From Nitrosopumilus sp. (GTDB lineage Archaea; Thermoproteota; Nitrososphaeria; Nitrososphaerales; Nitrosopumilaceae): a stretch of 64,000 nucleotides of DNA. The stretch spans positions 608,001-672,000 of the forward strand of contig OZ244732.1 in the NCBI GenBank assembly GCA_965219345.1, given 5' to 3'. The position numbers and the translations under genes were made by a program. Position 1 is the stretch's first letter; each line of letters starts with the position of its first letter. Shown piece after piece: positions 50,061 through 60,857 of the stretch. The notes under the pieces are model-generated. The model worked only from the letters and a program-made list of their open reading frames with translations. It was not told where the DNA came from and searched no databases.

Positions 50061-50903
50061 CTAGTATTTTGCAGTTAAAATTAAAACTTGCCATGGAAAT
50101 AAAATTTTACCATTTTTCTTTGTGTATTGAGTTGTTTTCTCTTTCACTATCTGTTTCAATTCTTTTCTTTTTGAATATTCTAGTGCATCTAGCTTTTCTT
50201 TTAGAGGTTTTGGAATGTATTTGATATAATTTCTCCAATAATCTTCAAATTTTCCAGGACTGTATTGAAAAACAAATTCTTTTACTACTATCTTTGAGAA
50301 TCCTGCTCTACTGATCTCTTTTTTTAATGCAGATTTTGTACCAAATCTGTCAAGATTTGGTAAACCGGGTGGTACATAATCTGGGATGAATTGAGTTACT
50401 GAATCTAAAATACTGCTAAAAAAAGGAACATTCTCGTTACTCCCATGAACTGAAATTCCTATCGTGCCTGACTTTTTGAGGCTATTTCTCATATTTTTTA
50501 ATGCTTTTTGGGCATTTGGAAAGAAGAACAATGCATACTGACAAGTTACAACATCAAATTTTTTTAAAAAATAAAATTTTTCTGCATCAACATTTACAAA
50601 ATCTAAATTTGATTTTTTTTCATTCCACTTTTTTGCTATTTTAATTGCAGTAATAGAAGTATCAGCACCTACAACATATCCTGAATTACCAACCTTGTTT
50701 CGAATTTTTTTTGTTACTACACCTGTACCACATGCAAGATCTAATACTGTATTCCCTTTGTTGATATTTACTAATTCTATTAATTTTGCAGTACTCTGAA
50801 ATGGCCCCACACTTACACTGGCCCATCTTTTATGATAACGAGGAGCAACCTCATTCCAAATTTTCACATTTCTTTGTTTATATTCAGAATGCTTGAGTTT
50901 CAT
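50061..50903 (-). CDS. Class I SAM methyltransferase (UbiE-like)
   Basis: VLDLACGTG motif. Confidence 0.9.
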   Translation of the reverse strand: MKLKHSEYKQRNVKIWNEVAPRYHKRWASVSVGPFQSTAKLIELVNINKGNTVLDLACGTGVVTKKIRNKVGNSGYVVGADTSITAIKIAKKWNEKKSNLDFVNVDAEKFYFLKKFDVVTCQYALFFFPNAQKALKNMRNSLKKSGTIGISVHGSNENVPFFSSILDSVTQFIPDYVPPGLPNLDRFGTKSALKKEISRAGFSKIVVKEFVFQYSPGKFEDYWRNYIKYIPKPLKEKLDALEYSKRKELKQIVKEKTTQYTKKNGKILFPWQVLILTAKY

Positions 50904-52162
50904 TTTATTTTTTGTTCAATTTGTTTTTTGATAAACTTTGCAATTTTTTGTTTGTTCATCCATTTTGACACAACAACTTTCTCAGTATCTACAATAATTA
51001 CCTGATTGTTTTGAGGATTTTTCTTATATCTTGACGAACCAATGTCGTTTGCCACTATTATATCTGAAGATGATTCTTTTAATTTTTTTTGAGCTGATTT
51101 GATTAATTGATTTTTTGTTAGATTTGTTTCTGCCTTAAAACCTACTAACAATACATTTTTTTGAAATTTTTTGACTTGATCTATAATTTTTGGTGCTTTT
51201 CTGAGGCTGATTTTTATTTCATTTTTTGAACTTTTGATCTTTTTCTTGCTTGGATTTGTTGGGATATAATCTGCAATTGCTGCAGTCATTATTACAATAT
51301 CAAATTTTTTCTTTAATTCTGTTTTAACAGCATTGAGCATTTCTTTACTAGATAAAACATTGACAATCTTTGCACCCTTTGGTGGCTTTTCTTCTCCTGG
51401 ACCATAAACAAGAGTAACTTTGGCTCCTGCAGAAACTAATTCAGATGCTAAACTTACTCCCGTTTTTCCTGTACTTTGGTTTGTAATTACTCGTACAGGA
51501 TCTATATGTTCAATTGTTGGTCCTGCAGTCATTAACACTTTTTTATTTTTTAATACTGACGAGAATCCAAATTTCTTTAAAACATATTCTAAAACGTCTT
51601 CTGGTTCTGAAGCTTTTGCTTTTCCTTCAATCATTTGGGGAGAAATAAACTCAATTTTATTTTTTAGAAACTGTATATTCTTTTTTACAGCTGAATTACC
51701 ATACATCGACTCATGCATAGCCATACACATTAAGATTGGAATCTTTGATCCAAAACCTACAGTAAGTACAGTTGAAATTGGTGTATCATCAATACCACTT
51801 GCTAATTTTCCTAATGTATTTGCAGTCGCAGGATATACTATTATTAGATCTGATTGATTATAATCTGCTAATCTAATATGTTCTAGCTCACCTGTGAGTT
51901 TTGTAATAACCTCATTCCCAGTAGCCCATTTGAAATAATCAGGCTGTATTAGTTTTGTAGCAGCATTACTTGCTACACATGTTACATCTGCCCCATGTCT
52001 CATGAGTAATCTTGCAAGTTCGATTGCTTTGTATGCTGCAACGCTTCCTGCAACACAAAGTACAATTCTTTTTCTAGATAATTCTACACCGTATGAACTA
52101 ACAATATCTAAAGATGGGTGATCTTTTTTCTTTATCTTCTTTTTAGCTACCAATCTGCCCAC
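50900..52162 (-). CDS. coaBC: Phosphopantothenoylcysteine decarboxylase/ligase
   Basis: GSVAAYK, PATANT, TAGPTIEHIDPVRVITNQSTGKTG, GFKAET. Confidence 0.97.
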   Translation of the reverse strand: MGRLVAKKKIKKKDHPSLDIVSSYGVELSRKRIVLCVAGSVAAYKAIELARLLMRHGADVTCVASNAATKLIQPDYFKWATGNEVITKLTGELEHIRLADYNQSDLIIVYPATANTLGKLASGIDDTPISTVLTVGFGSKIPILMCMAMHESMYGNSAVKKNIQFLKNKIEFISPQMIEGKAKASEPEDVLEYVLKKFGFSSVLKNKKVLMTAGPTIEHIDPVRVITNQSTGKTGVSLASELVSAGAKVTLVYGPGEEKPPKGAKIVNVLSSKEMLNAVKTELKKKFDIVIMTAAIADYIPTNPSKKKIKSSKNEIKISLRKAPKIIDQVKKFQKNVLLVGFKAETNLTKNQLIKSAQKKLKESSSDIIVANDIGSSRYKKNPQNNQVIIVDTEKVVVSKWMNKQKIAKFIKKQIEQKIK

Positions 52163-52982
52163 GTAATTTTTTTAGCTCTTCTTCATTCATTGAGAACCAG
52201 TGCTCTACTGCAGGAAATGCACCTGATTTCACATCTTTTTTGAAATTTCCAAGTGATTTTACAATGTCTTCAGATAAATTCATGTATCTTTTTGCAAATT
52301 TTGGTTTTATCTTATCATACATTCCTAACAAATCTTGAACAACTAGTACTTGACCATCACAACCTGCTCCTGAACCAATTCCAATTGTAGGTATACTAAC
52401 CGTTTTAGAGATTATCTCTGCAACCTCGTGATTTACCATTTCCAATACGATACTGAACACGCCTGCTTCTTCAAGCTCTTTTGCATCTTCAATTAACTTC
52501 ATTGCAGTATCTTTTGTTTTTCCTTGTATTCTGTATCCCTGTGAAAGCATTGTTGTTTGAGGCTGTAGTCCAATATGACCCATTACTGGAATCCCTACAT
52601 CTACAATGGCACCAATTGTTTCAGCCATTATTGAACCCCCTTCAAGTTTTACAGCATCAGCTCCTGCTTTGATTAGTCTACCAGAATTATTGATAGCGTC
52701 TTCTATACTTGCTTGGTATGACATGAATGGCAAGTCTGATACTAGTAGTGAAGTTTCTCTTGCCCTACTAACTGCTTCTGTAAACATACACATTTGATCC
52801 ATTGTTACGGGAATTGTGTTTTCATAACCAAGCATTACCATACCTGCACTATCCCCAACTAACAAAACATCCATTCCTGCTTTATCACATAGAGAAGCAA
52901 GAGTGTAATCATAACTTGTAATTACTGAAATTTTCTCCTCCTTCTTTTTCATATTTAGAATATCTTGTACTGTTTTATGCAA
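52143..52982 (-). CDS. panB: 3-methyl-2-oxobutanoate hydroxymethyltransferase
   Basis: LVGDS, DLPFMSY, VKLEGG, GHIGLQPQ, CDGQVLV. Confidence 0.97.
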   Translation of the reverse strand: MHKTVQDILNMKKKEEKISVITSYDYTLASLCDKAGMDVLLVGDSAGMVMLGYENTIPVTMDQMCMFTEAVSRARETSLLVSDLPFMSYQASIEDAINNSGRLIKAGADAVKLEGGSIMAETIGAIVDVGIPVMGHIGLQPQTTMLSQGYRIQGKTKDTAMKLIEDAKELEEAGVFSIVLEMVNHEVAEIISKTVSIPTIGIGSGAGCDGQVLVVQDLLGMYDKIKPKFAKRYMNLSEDIVKSLGNFKKDVKSGAFPAVEHWFSMNEEELKKLRGQIGS

Positions 52983-53739
52983 CTCTAGCCCTCCTTGTAA
53001 GATTATTTTTTATTTGAATGACATTTTCTGTGAGATTTTTCTTATTATCGAAATCATTTACAATTTTTTGAAGAATTTTTCTATTCTTTTTAGACAATTT
53101 TTTAGATTCATCAATTAACAAATCAATTGCTCGTGTAACATTATCTACAATTGTAATGGTGGCTGTTTGTGAAGTTCTAGAAAGAGGATTTAGATCAAAT
53201 GTAATAACCGTCTTTCCTGCCTTTCTAAGTGCCATTGTTCTGTCACCATCTTCTAGAGGCACAACTACAACATCAGCCACAAAAATTCCATTTTTATCCA
53301 TAATTCTCCTAGCTGAATCAATACCTGATAATTTTGTAGATGAAGTAGAATTAGTACCTAAAATTTCTCCTGCTCCATTCTTTTTGAGTGTCTTAATAAT
53401 TGCCTGTTGTCTCTTTTTGTTAGCATAGAACAGATTTACCTCAAGTTTTGCTTTGATCTGTTTTGACAGTCTTACGATTTGTTTGGGACATAATGCTGCA
53501 ATATTTCCATTAACTGAAATTACAGGCATATCAGCCAAAAGAAGTTGTGCTGCCGCAGCCTTAATGGCCTGTTTTGCAGCCTTGCCTGTTTTTTCTCCTA
53601 GTAGGTAATCAAAAGCTTCACCCCTACCTTGAGCCAAGAGTCCCTCTTTTGCAACCAATCCACTATCAAATCCATTTACAAGTTTTTCACGAATTAAAAG
53701 TGATTTAGCTCTTGGATGTGATTTGGGAATTAATGGCAT
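52975..53739 (-). CDS. pps: 4-phosphopantoate--beta-alanine ligase
   Basis: SHPR, GRGEAFDYLLGE, SVNGN, VPLEDGDR, DLNPLSRT. Confidence 0.95.
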   Translation of the reverse strand: MPLIPKSHPRAKSLLIREKLVNGFDSGLVAKEGLLAQGRGEAFDYLLGEKTGKAAKQAIKAAAAQLLLADMPVISVNGNIAALCPKQIVRLSKQIKAKLEVNLFYANKKRQQAIIKTLKKNGAGEILGTNSTSSTKLSGIDSARRIMDKNGIFVADVVVVPLEDGDRTMALRKAGKTVITFDLNPLSRTSQTATITIVDNVTRAIDLLIDESKKLSKKNRKILQKIVNDFDNKKNLTENVIQIKNNLTRRARVA

Positions 53740-53749
53740 GCAATTTCAA

Positions 53750-54661
53750 TTAATTGTAAAGAACTCTTGCTCCATTATCATCTAATTCTGATTTTATTAC
53801 TATTCCATCAGAATATTTTTGTAAAATCTGTAAAACTTTATCTTCCTCTTCTTTTGGAATCATTGAAAAAACTGTCTCTCCAAAAAATGCAATTCCACAT
53901 TTAATATTATTTTTGGATAATTCATTAACTAATTTTTGCATTCTTGGAGTTATAACATCAACAAATTTTGCAAATTCTAATGACATGTCCTGAAAATGTT
54001 CATAATTTTTTGATTCTAATAATCTGTTTACCATTTTTCCACCAAGACCATTAATTTGAGATAAACGTTCTTTGATGAATTTATTTGTAGAAATTGGAGA
54101 GAAACATATCATAATTACAGAGATTTCATCTGTAAGGATTTTTTCAACATAGCCAATTCCTGGCGCACCAGGTTTTACACGAATTTCAAAACCTCCATGA
54201 AATGATGCTAAAACATCTCCTAATCCAGTTTTACAATCAACTTCTGCATTATGTGCAATTTGTCCAATTGTTGTTTTATCTAATTTTGTTTCAAGAGCTT
54301 GATCTAATGCAAATGATAGTGATAATGCAACTGCACTACTAGAACCTAAACCATATCCAACTGGAATTGATATCTCATGTTCAATATCAAAAAACTTGTT
54401 TGAAAATTTTCCAAGCTTTAAGAATTCATTTAAAACAAATTCTGAAACATCTGTTTTATCCGATTGATACCCCTTTGTTGTGATTCTAAAGTTTGATTCT
54501 TGATTATCTTTCGTATCTACTTTTACTCTTGTTGTAACTCCTTGTTTAATTGAGAATCCAGCTCCCGCAGATCCAAAATTTTCTAAAGAATTTTGATTTT
54601 GATCTAAATGAGCTTTGAAAAAACCTGTAATGTGAGCAGGACAAAATGCCGTAGCCTCCAT
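53750..54661 (-). CDS. pok: Pantoate kinase (GHMP family)
   Basis: PAHITGFF, PVGYGLGSS, AHNAEV..KTGLGDV, PGAPG. Confidence 0.93.
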   Translation of the reverse strand: MEATAFCPAHITGFFKAHLDQNQNSLENFGSAGAGFSIKQGVTTRVKVDTKDNQESNFRITTKGYQSDKTDVSEFVLNEFLKLGKFSNKFFDIEHEISIPVGYGLGSSSAVALSLSFALDQALETKLDKTTIGQIAHNAEVDCKTGLGDVLASFHGGFEIRVKPGAPGIGYVEKILTDEISVIMICFSPISTNKFIKERLSQINGLGGKMVNRLLESKNYEHFQDMSLEFAKFVDVITPRMQKLVNELSKNNIKCGIAFFGETVFSMIPKEEEDKVLQILQKYSDGIVIKSELDDNGARVLYN

Positions 54662-54726
54662 TGATCTTAGTTTAAATTTTACACAAAATATAAGAATATG
54701 GCTTAAATTAATTAAATTAGTATAAA

Positions 54727-55707
54727 TTGACTAAATTTGTTCGACGACTACAAAGAATTGGAAGTAGTATTCTTGTTTCACTGCCAAAAGAGTGGGTTGA
54801 TGCAAATAATCTAGATAAAGGTAATCAAGTAGAACTTGAAACTGGACAGGATAGTATTTCAATATCTGCAAACAAAGAGATGCGTCCTACCAAAGAACTT
54901 GTAATTTCATACCCCTTACCTAAAGAAGAAAATATTGTAGCAAACATTACTGGGGCTTATCTTTTAGGATATGATGTCATTCAAATAAATTCAAAATCAA
55001 TCATTCCGGCGGAAGATAGGGAAAAAATTCGTAATTCTATGCGAAGATTAGTCGGGATGGAAATCATTGAAGAAGATGCATCTCATATCAACACACAATT
55101 TCTTTTAGATACAATAACACTTAATCCAGAAAAAATTCTCAAACGAATGAGCTCAATTGCTCTTGGTATGTATGATGACACATCAAATGGATTAATTTCA
55201 GATGACAAGTCTGATTTACAAACATTATCAAAACGTGATATTGAGGTAAATAGACAGTATTTCTTACTTGTCCGCTTAATTCGTAGTATCCTTGTTGATA
55301 AAAGATTAGCTAATGCATTTAATTTAGAAAATATTGATATTATTGATTATAGAGTTGCAGCAAATCTCCTTGAAAATGCGGGTGATTCAATTGTTGAACT
55401 TTCAAGTTTCATTTATAACTCATCTTTATCAAAGGAACATTCAAAAAAAATCTTTGATATAGTCAAGGATTTCAGTAAACTTGCAGAAAAATCTATTAAT
55501 GCATTTACAAAACCTGATAGACTTTTGGCTATTGAAGCAATATCATTACATAAAAAATATGCAGGAAATCTCAGTAAACTGAGGGTTACATCGGATAATA
55601 AAAAACAGATTCCGATAGATTTTCTTGATTTAGTGTATATGTTTGAAAGAATAGCAAAATCTTGGGCTGATGTAGCAGATCTTGTACAGCCTATCTATAA
55701 TGAATAA
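54727..55707 (+). CDS. AbrB-PhoU phosphate uptake regulator
   Basis: RRLQRIGSSILVSLPKEW; PhoU helices. Confidence 0.9.
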   Translation: MTKFVRRLQRIGSSILVSLPKEWVDANNLDKGNQVELETGQDSISISANKEMRPTKELVISYPLPKEENIVANITGAYLLGYDVIQINSKSIIPAEDREKIRNSMRRLVGMEIIEEDASHINTQFLLDTITLNPEKILKRMSSIALGMYDDTSNGLISDDKSDLQTLSKRDIEVNRQYFLLVRLIRSILVDKRLANAFNLENIDIIDYRVAANLLENAGDSIVELSSFIYNSSLSKEHSKKIFDIVKDFSKLAEKSINAFTKPDRLLAIEAISLHKKYAGNLSKLRVTSDNKKQIPIDFLDLVYMFERIAKSWADVADLVQPIYNE

Positions 55708-56223
55708 TTAGTATAATTTCTTTTTAGCAGCATAAGTCAAGACCGCACAAATTGTTTTTGAATCTTGAATTTTTCCAGATTTTATCATTCTAAGCAGCTT
55801 TGGTAAATCCATTTTTACTACAGATAATATCTCATCATCATCTAGTTTCAAACCAGCAATTTTCTTCGATCCTGAGGCTACAAAACAGTGAATTATCTCA
55901 GAATTATAGCCAATTGATGGATAGTAGGTGACTAGTGGTGTCATCTTTTTTGCCTTATATCCAGTTTCTTCTTCTAGTTCTCTGAATGCACATTTTATTG
56001 GCTTTTCTCTTTTTTCTAATGTTCCTGCAGGAATCTCCAAAACATATCCATGCGGGAATCTATGTTGTTTAACAAGAATTACTTTATTTTTTTCATCAAA
56101 AGCAAGCATTGCTGCAGCACCTCGATGTTCTATTATTTCACGTTTGACCCTTCTTCCTTCTATTTTTCCATCATAAACACTAAGTCCTAAAATTTTTCCC
56201 TCATAGATTTTCTTTTTCTTCAT
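55708..56223 (-). CDS. NUDIX hydrolase (ADP-ribose pyrophosphatase-like)
   Basis: EIPAG...RELEEETG. Confidence 0.95.
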   Translation of the reverse strand: MKKKKIYEGKILGLSVYDGKIEGRRVKREIIEHRGAAAMLAFDEKNKVILVKQHRFPHGYVLEIPAGTLEKREKPIKCAFRELEEETGYKAKKMTPLVTYYPSIGYNSEIIHCFVASGSKKIAGLKLDDDEILSVVKMDLPKLLRMIKSGKIQDSKTICAVLTYAAKKKLY

Positions 56224-56248
56224 AAAAAATCTTAGAAACTGTTATTAT

Positions 56249-57151
56249 TTAATTTGTTTGATATGTTAGATGTAATCTAGATGATTTTTTAAAATCATTA
56301 ATAGCCTTTTCTAGCCATTTGATATAAAACAAAATTTTTTTTGGAATGAATAAATCTGCTGATTTTACATTTTTGATAGTTCTAACTTTCTGGGTTAATT
56401 CATCCATCTTGAAAATATTATCACTATACATAAACAATACAATTTGATTTTTTGCAATAAAAGGAATTTGTAAATATGATTCAGAAAAAGTATTATTCAT
56501 ATTTTCTAATGTTTCTTTTAGATCCCCTTCTATCCAAGTAAGTATGGCATGAGGAATAAAATTTTCAATTTTTCTAGAATCATAAATTAAGGTAAACTGA
56601 ACTCCATCGTTTTCCTGTAACTTTTCAATACATCTTGTTATTGTTTTTGTTGACAAATTTGTACTTTTAGCAATATTTTCAATTTTCTGTCTAGGATCTG
56701 TTATTAATTTTTCTAGAATTTCTAAATCTGTTTTTGTAAGATTTGAACTAAATCCTGTATTCTCTGCTTCAAAAATTGATAGGACTCTAACATCCTTCAT
56801 TAATTTGCTTGTAAGCTCAATTTTTTGTTTCATATTCTCTTTTATGACAATACTACAAACTGAAATTCCACCTACACATGGTACCACAAAATATGGCTCA
56901 CCTACAAGACCTACTTGGTCTAAAATCTCGTCAATGTTTTCTCCTGATACAACAAAGTACAAAACACCATAACCAAACACAGATGGTTCAACTTTAATGA
57001 AAAATTCTCCAATAACCTCTCTTTCTTCCATTTTTCTAATTCTAGCACGTACTGCTCCACCAGATATTCCCAATTTCATGCCTATTTGTCTGTCAGATTC
57101 TCTACAATTATTCAATAGTCTGCTTAGAATTTTCATATCTAAATTGTCCAT
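56249..57151 (-). CDS. Double-HTH AsnC family regulator
   Basis: MDNLDMKIL..., second HTH TDLEIL...DPRQ. Confidence 0.88.
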   Translation of the reverse strand: MDNLDMKILSRLLNNCRESDRQIGMKLGISGGAVRARIRKMEEREVIGEFFIKVEPSVFGYGVLYFVVSGENIDEILDQVGLVGEPYFVVPCVGGISVCSIVIKENMKQKIELTSKLMKDVRVLSIFEAENTGFSSNLTKTDLEILEKLITDPRQKIENIAKSTNLSTKTITRCIEKLQENDGVQFTLIYDSRKIENFIPHAILTWIEGDLKETLENMNNTFSESYLQIPFIAKNQIVLFMYSDNIFKMDELTQKVRTIKNVKSADLFIPKKILFYIKWLEKAINDFKKSSRLHLTYQTN

Positions 57152-57267
57152 TTTATCACCTAAAATAGCTCCATAGAATATAGTATTTACTTATTTTATA
57201 TAAAATTGTCTATAATTATAGAATTATACATCAAATACATTAAATATCAGACTATTTTATTACTCCT

Positions 57268-58455
57268 GTGGATTATAGATTAAGATTAGCAAAAAGAATG
57301 CTTTTCAATAAAAAAAGCAGTTTGATTGGTGCAGTCTTAGCTGTAACCATTGGGATTTTGGTAATTCACGTTAATTTTGTAATATTTCAAGGATTGTTTG
57401 ATGCTATAGTTAGAGATATCAGTAATTACCGAAACGGTGATGTTCTTGTAACTGACGATGCTGATTATATCGATAAATCAGATTTATTACTTGTAAACTG
57501 GTTTGAAAGAATTCCATATGTTGAAGCGGCTACTCCGCGGCTTTCATCAACTGCCGAAATGAATATGACAAAAAATGGAAAACGAATTGAAGAAACTAGA
57601 GTCCCAATTGTGGGTGTTGATCCATTTCGTGATATTAGAGCATCAACTGTTCATGAAACTATTTCAGAAGGAAGCTATGTCTTCTCAAGAAATTCTATCG
57701 TGTTAGGATCTAATGTAGCAAATGATCTTGGAGGAGCTCAAGTAGGTGATAGTGTTAAAGTTCTTGTAGTTGATAGATGGGGAGAAGATCAAATTCGAAG
57801 ATTTACCGTTTCTGGAATTGCAAAATCACCTGGTGGTCAAGGATTTGATTATACGGCTGTTGTACATATTGATGCTTTACGTGATATGATGAGTAGATCT
57901 GGAGAAACTGGTTCACTTATGGTAAAACTAAATGATCCTTCTAAAGCATTAGAAGTAAAAGAATTCTTTTTGCGTTCTTTTCCTAACGATGATTTTCTTG
58001 CAGAAACTATAGAAGAATCAGCAGAACAACAACTTGCTGGTTTTAGATCTGGCATTGCAATGATCAATATGATAGGCTACTTTGGAATGATGTCATCAGC
58101 ATTTGCTATTGTTACAATTCAGATGATGTTAGTGAATGGGAAAACTAGAGAAATTGGTGTTATGAGATCAATAGGGGCTAAAAGAAAAGATATTCTAATA
58201 ATTTTCATTTTTCAAGGAATGATTATTGGAGCAATTGGTGCTGGGGTAGGAACTGCTGCTGGATTAGGCTATACGTTTTATGCAAAGGAAACAAAAATGT
58301 CATTCAATAATAGCCTCCCTCTTGAAGTCACCTATAACTGGGAAAAAATTTCACAAACTGCTCTGACTTCATTTTTCTTGGCAATTATTGCTTCACTATA
58401 CCCGTCGTATAGAGCAACCAAGCTGTTACCAGTGGAGGCTATGAGAACTGTCTAG
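57268..58455 (+). CDS. ABC transporter permease (LolE/MacB/FtsX type)
   Basis: KTREIGVMRSIGA, YPSYRATKLLPVEAMR. Confidence 0.93.
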   Translation: MDYRLRLAKRMLFNKKSSLIGAVLAVTIGILVIHVNFVIFQGLFDAIVRDISNYRNGDVLVTDDADYIDKSDLLLVNWFERIPYVEAATPRLSSTAEMNMTKNGKRIEETRVPIVGVDPFRDIRASTVHETISEGSYVFSRNSIVLGSNVANDLGGAQVGDSVKVLVVDRWGEDQIRRFTVSGIAKSPGGQGFDYTAVVHIDALRDMMSRSGETGSLMVKLNDPSKALEVKEFFLRSFPNDDFLAETIEESAEQQLAGFRSGIAMINMIGYFGMMSSAFAIVTIQMMLVNGKTREIGVMRSIGAKRKDILIIFIFQGMIIGAIGAGVGTAAGLGYTFYAKETKMSFNNSLPLEVTYNWEKISQTALTSFFLAIIASLYPSYRATKLLPVEAMRTV

Positions 58456-59152
58456 AGTACTTGAAGTCAACAATCTGACTAAGATTTACGGAGAAGGAGA
58501 ATTCAAAGTAAAGGCTCTTGATAATGTATCATTTTCAATTGAACGGGGAGAAATTGTATTAATTGTTGGAAGTTCTGGTTCCGGCAAATCAACATTACTT
58601 AACATGATTGGATTATTGGATCGTCCAACAAACGGAAAGATCTTCATTGATGGAATTGGTACTACAACACTTGATGACAACAAAATTTCCTCATTTAGAA
58701 ATAGAAAATTGGGATTCATCTTCCAATTTTCTAATTTACTTAGTGATCTTTCAGTATTGGAAAATGTATTGTTACCCATGCAAATTGCTAAAACTATTGA
58801 TACTGCTGAAAAAGATGCTAGAGACTTACTAAAAGCAGTTGGACTTGAAAACCAAATGAATAACCGTGCAAATAAGATTTCAGGTGGACAAGCGCAAAGA
58901 GTAGCAATTGCAAGAGGATTAATCAATAAACCTTCAATTGTTTTAGCGGATGAGCCAACTGGTAACCTTGATTCAGTAACTTCAAAAACAATCGTTCAAT
59001 TAATGAAATCAATGGCAAAAAAACTCAATCAAACATTCATTATAGTTACACACGATGGACAACAATTTGGTGATGTAGATAGAGTAATAACGATAAAAGA
59101 TGGTAAAGCCTTCGAAGATGATCAGTCCTCAGAAATGGAGGTTTTAGCATAA
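58448..59152 (+). CDS. ABC transporter ATP-binding protein (LolD-like), probable CTG start
   Basis: Walker A GSSGSGKST lies upstream of the first ATG; ISGGQ, LADEPTGNLD; GGAGG SD 9 nt before CTG. Confidence 0.9.
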   Translation: MSRVLEVNNLTKIYGEGEFKVKALDNVSFSIERGEIVLIVGSSGSGKSTLLNMIGLLDRPTNGKIFIDGIGTTTLDDNKISSFRNRKLGFIFQFSNLLSDLSVLENVLLPMQIAKTIDTAEKDARDLLKAVGLENQMNNRANKISGGQAQRVAIARGLINKPSIVLADEPTGNLDSVTSKTIVQLMKSMAKKLNQTFIIVTHDGQQFGDVDRVITIKDGKAFEDDQSSEMEVLA

Positions 59153-60456
59153 TGAATCTAAAATTCTTGTTGTCATTATTTTTAATTGGACTTGTACCAT
59201 TTGCTTTTGATAATTCATTTGCTCAAATAACATCTGGAGGATTTGGTGAATCTCCTTTTGACAGAGATTTTGGAGATGTTAAATTTTTAAAAGCACACTT
59301 TGGTACACTAAATGAAAAAATCGAAATTGAAGCAGGAGATAGTAATGTTCCATTTACGGTTGTATTTGCAAATGTAGGAACTCAAGATATCACTGGAATC
59401 AAAGGCCAGTTGTCGTTACCACTTGGTTTTTCCTCATCTGCTGGTCCAGGCACAATTCATGCTACCAGTAACTCAAATTCATTAGCAGGAGAAAGTTTTC
59501 ATCTGACTTTTTTTGTAAATATCGATAAAAACGTAAAAATTCAACAGTATCCTGGGACTGTAAAAGTTGATTATTCAAGATTAAGAGAATCTGGAATCCG
59601 AACTTCATTTGAAGATTTTAATTTTCTAGTAACAGGTGATAGTGTAATAAATGTTAGAGCAGTGGAACCATTTCTTACATCTTTGAGATCTAATAATATA
59701 GTAATTGAAATTGCAAATGATGGAACTGCTCCAATTTCTAGTGTAGATATTACTGCAACTAACACACAGACAGAACTTGCATCAACATCATCATCAACTA
59801 CTAATATAGAAAATGTTGTTATTTTAGAATCAAGCTGGGATGTTGGAAACATTGATCCAAAGTCATCTAGATTACTTACTGCAACAGTATATGTTCCTGA
59901 AGGGCTTAAGGGCGATACTCTACGAATTCCTTTATCCATTTCATACTATAATGCACATGGTGATCAACAAACGATTTCAAAGATTGTGGATTTTTACATT
60001 AAAGGGTTGATTGATCTTCGTGTTTTTAATGTAGATGTAATTGAATTATCTGGAATACAAATGGTTATTGGAGAAATCATTAATGAAGGAAATGATGATG
60101 GGCTATTTGGTTTTGTAACTATTGATCCTCGAGGAAATTCTAATATCAAATCAAATACTCAATTTATTGATGAAATTGAGACTGATGCGCCTGTACCATT
60201 TAATTTACCAATAGAATTTGATGGCGAAACAAAATATGGAGAACATGACATTACTATTACTGTAAGATACAAAGATGGTGTTAGAGATGAGATCTTTCTA
60301 ACTCATGATGCAACAATCTTTGTTAAAGAACCATCAAACGGTAATAAAGATAGTCTTGATCCAACAATGATAATTATTCCAATTATTTTAGCTATAGGAG
60401 TAGGAATTTACATTATGCGTAGGCGTAAAAAAGCAGCAATTGAGGCTAGCAATTAA
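59152..60456 (+). CDS. COG1361-like S-layer/Ig-domain membrane-anchored protein
   Basis: Signal peptide, repeated ..NxG Ig motifs, C-terminal TM + RRRKK. Confidence 0.85.
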   Translation: MNLKFLLSLFLIGLVPFAFDNSFAQITSGGFGESPFDRDFGDVKFLKAHFGTLNEKIEIEAGDSNVPFTVVFANVGTQDITGIKGQLSLPLGFSSSAGPGTIHATSNSNSLAGESFHLTFFVNIDKNVKIQQYPGTVKVDYSRLRESGIRTSFEDFNFLVTGDSVINVRAVEPFLTSLRSNNIVIEIANDGTAPISSVDITATNTQTELASTSSSTTNIENVVILESSWDVGNIDPKSSRLLTATVYVPEGLKGDTLRIPLSISYYNAHGDQQTISKIVDFYIKGLIDLRVFNVDVIELSGIQMVIGEIINEGNDDGLFGFVTIDPRGNSNIKSNTQFIDEIETDAPVPFNLPIEFDGETKYGEHDITITVRYKDGVRDEIFLTHDATIFVKEPSNGNKDSLDPTMIIIPIILAIGVGIYIMRRRKKAAIEASN

Positions 60457-60494
60457 ATTTCAAATCTAAATCAGGAAAATAAGGTAAATTCAAA

Positions 60495-60827
60495 ATGAGG
60501 TTAACTATTGTTGTTCTAATTTCGGTTTTAGCTGTTGGAAGTATTGTCATTTTTTTAGGTTTTCTTACAAATCAAGAATACATCGAGATCTCTGAAATCT
60601 CTAGTCAATATGAAAATTTAGAGAAATACAAGAATGAATTAGAGAAACTCAATCAATACAATCAACAAATCTTAGAAGATCTGGAAGATCAATTCAAAAA
60701 CTCTGATACTATCAATCTAGATCAACTAAATGAAGAGATCGAAGTAATAAAACAAGTTGTTAATGAAAACAAGGAAGAACTTGAACAGGTAATCAAAAAA
60801 TTGTCCCAAATTGAATCTAAACCCTAA
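60495..60827 (+). CDS. TM + coiled-coil hypothetical protein
   Basis: 110-aa ORF. Confidence 0.7.
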   Translation: MRLTIVVLISVLAVGSIVIFLGFLTNQEYIEISEISSQYENLEKYKNELEKLNQYNQQILEDLEDQFKNSDTINLDQLNEEIEVIKQVVNENKEELEQVIKKLSQIESKP

Positions 60828-60857
60828 GATTATAAGCAATTACTAGATCTTGCGATC

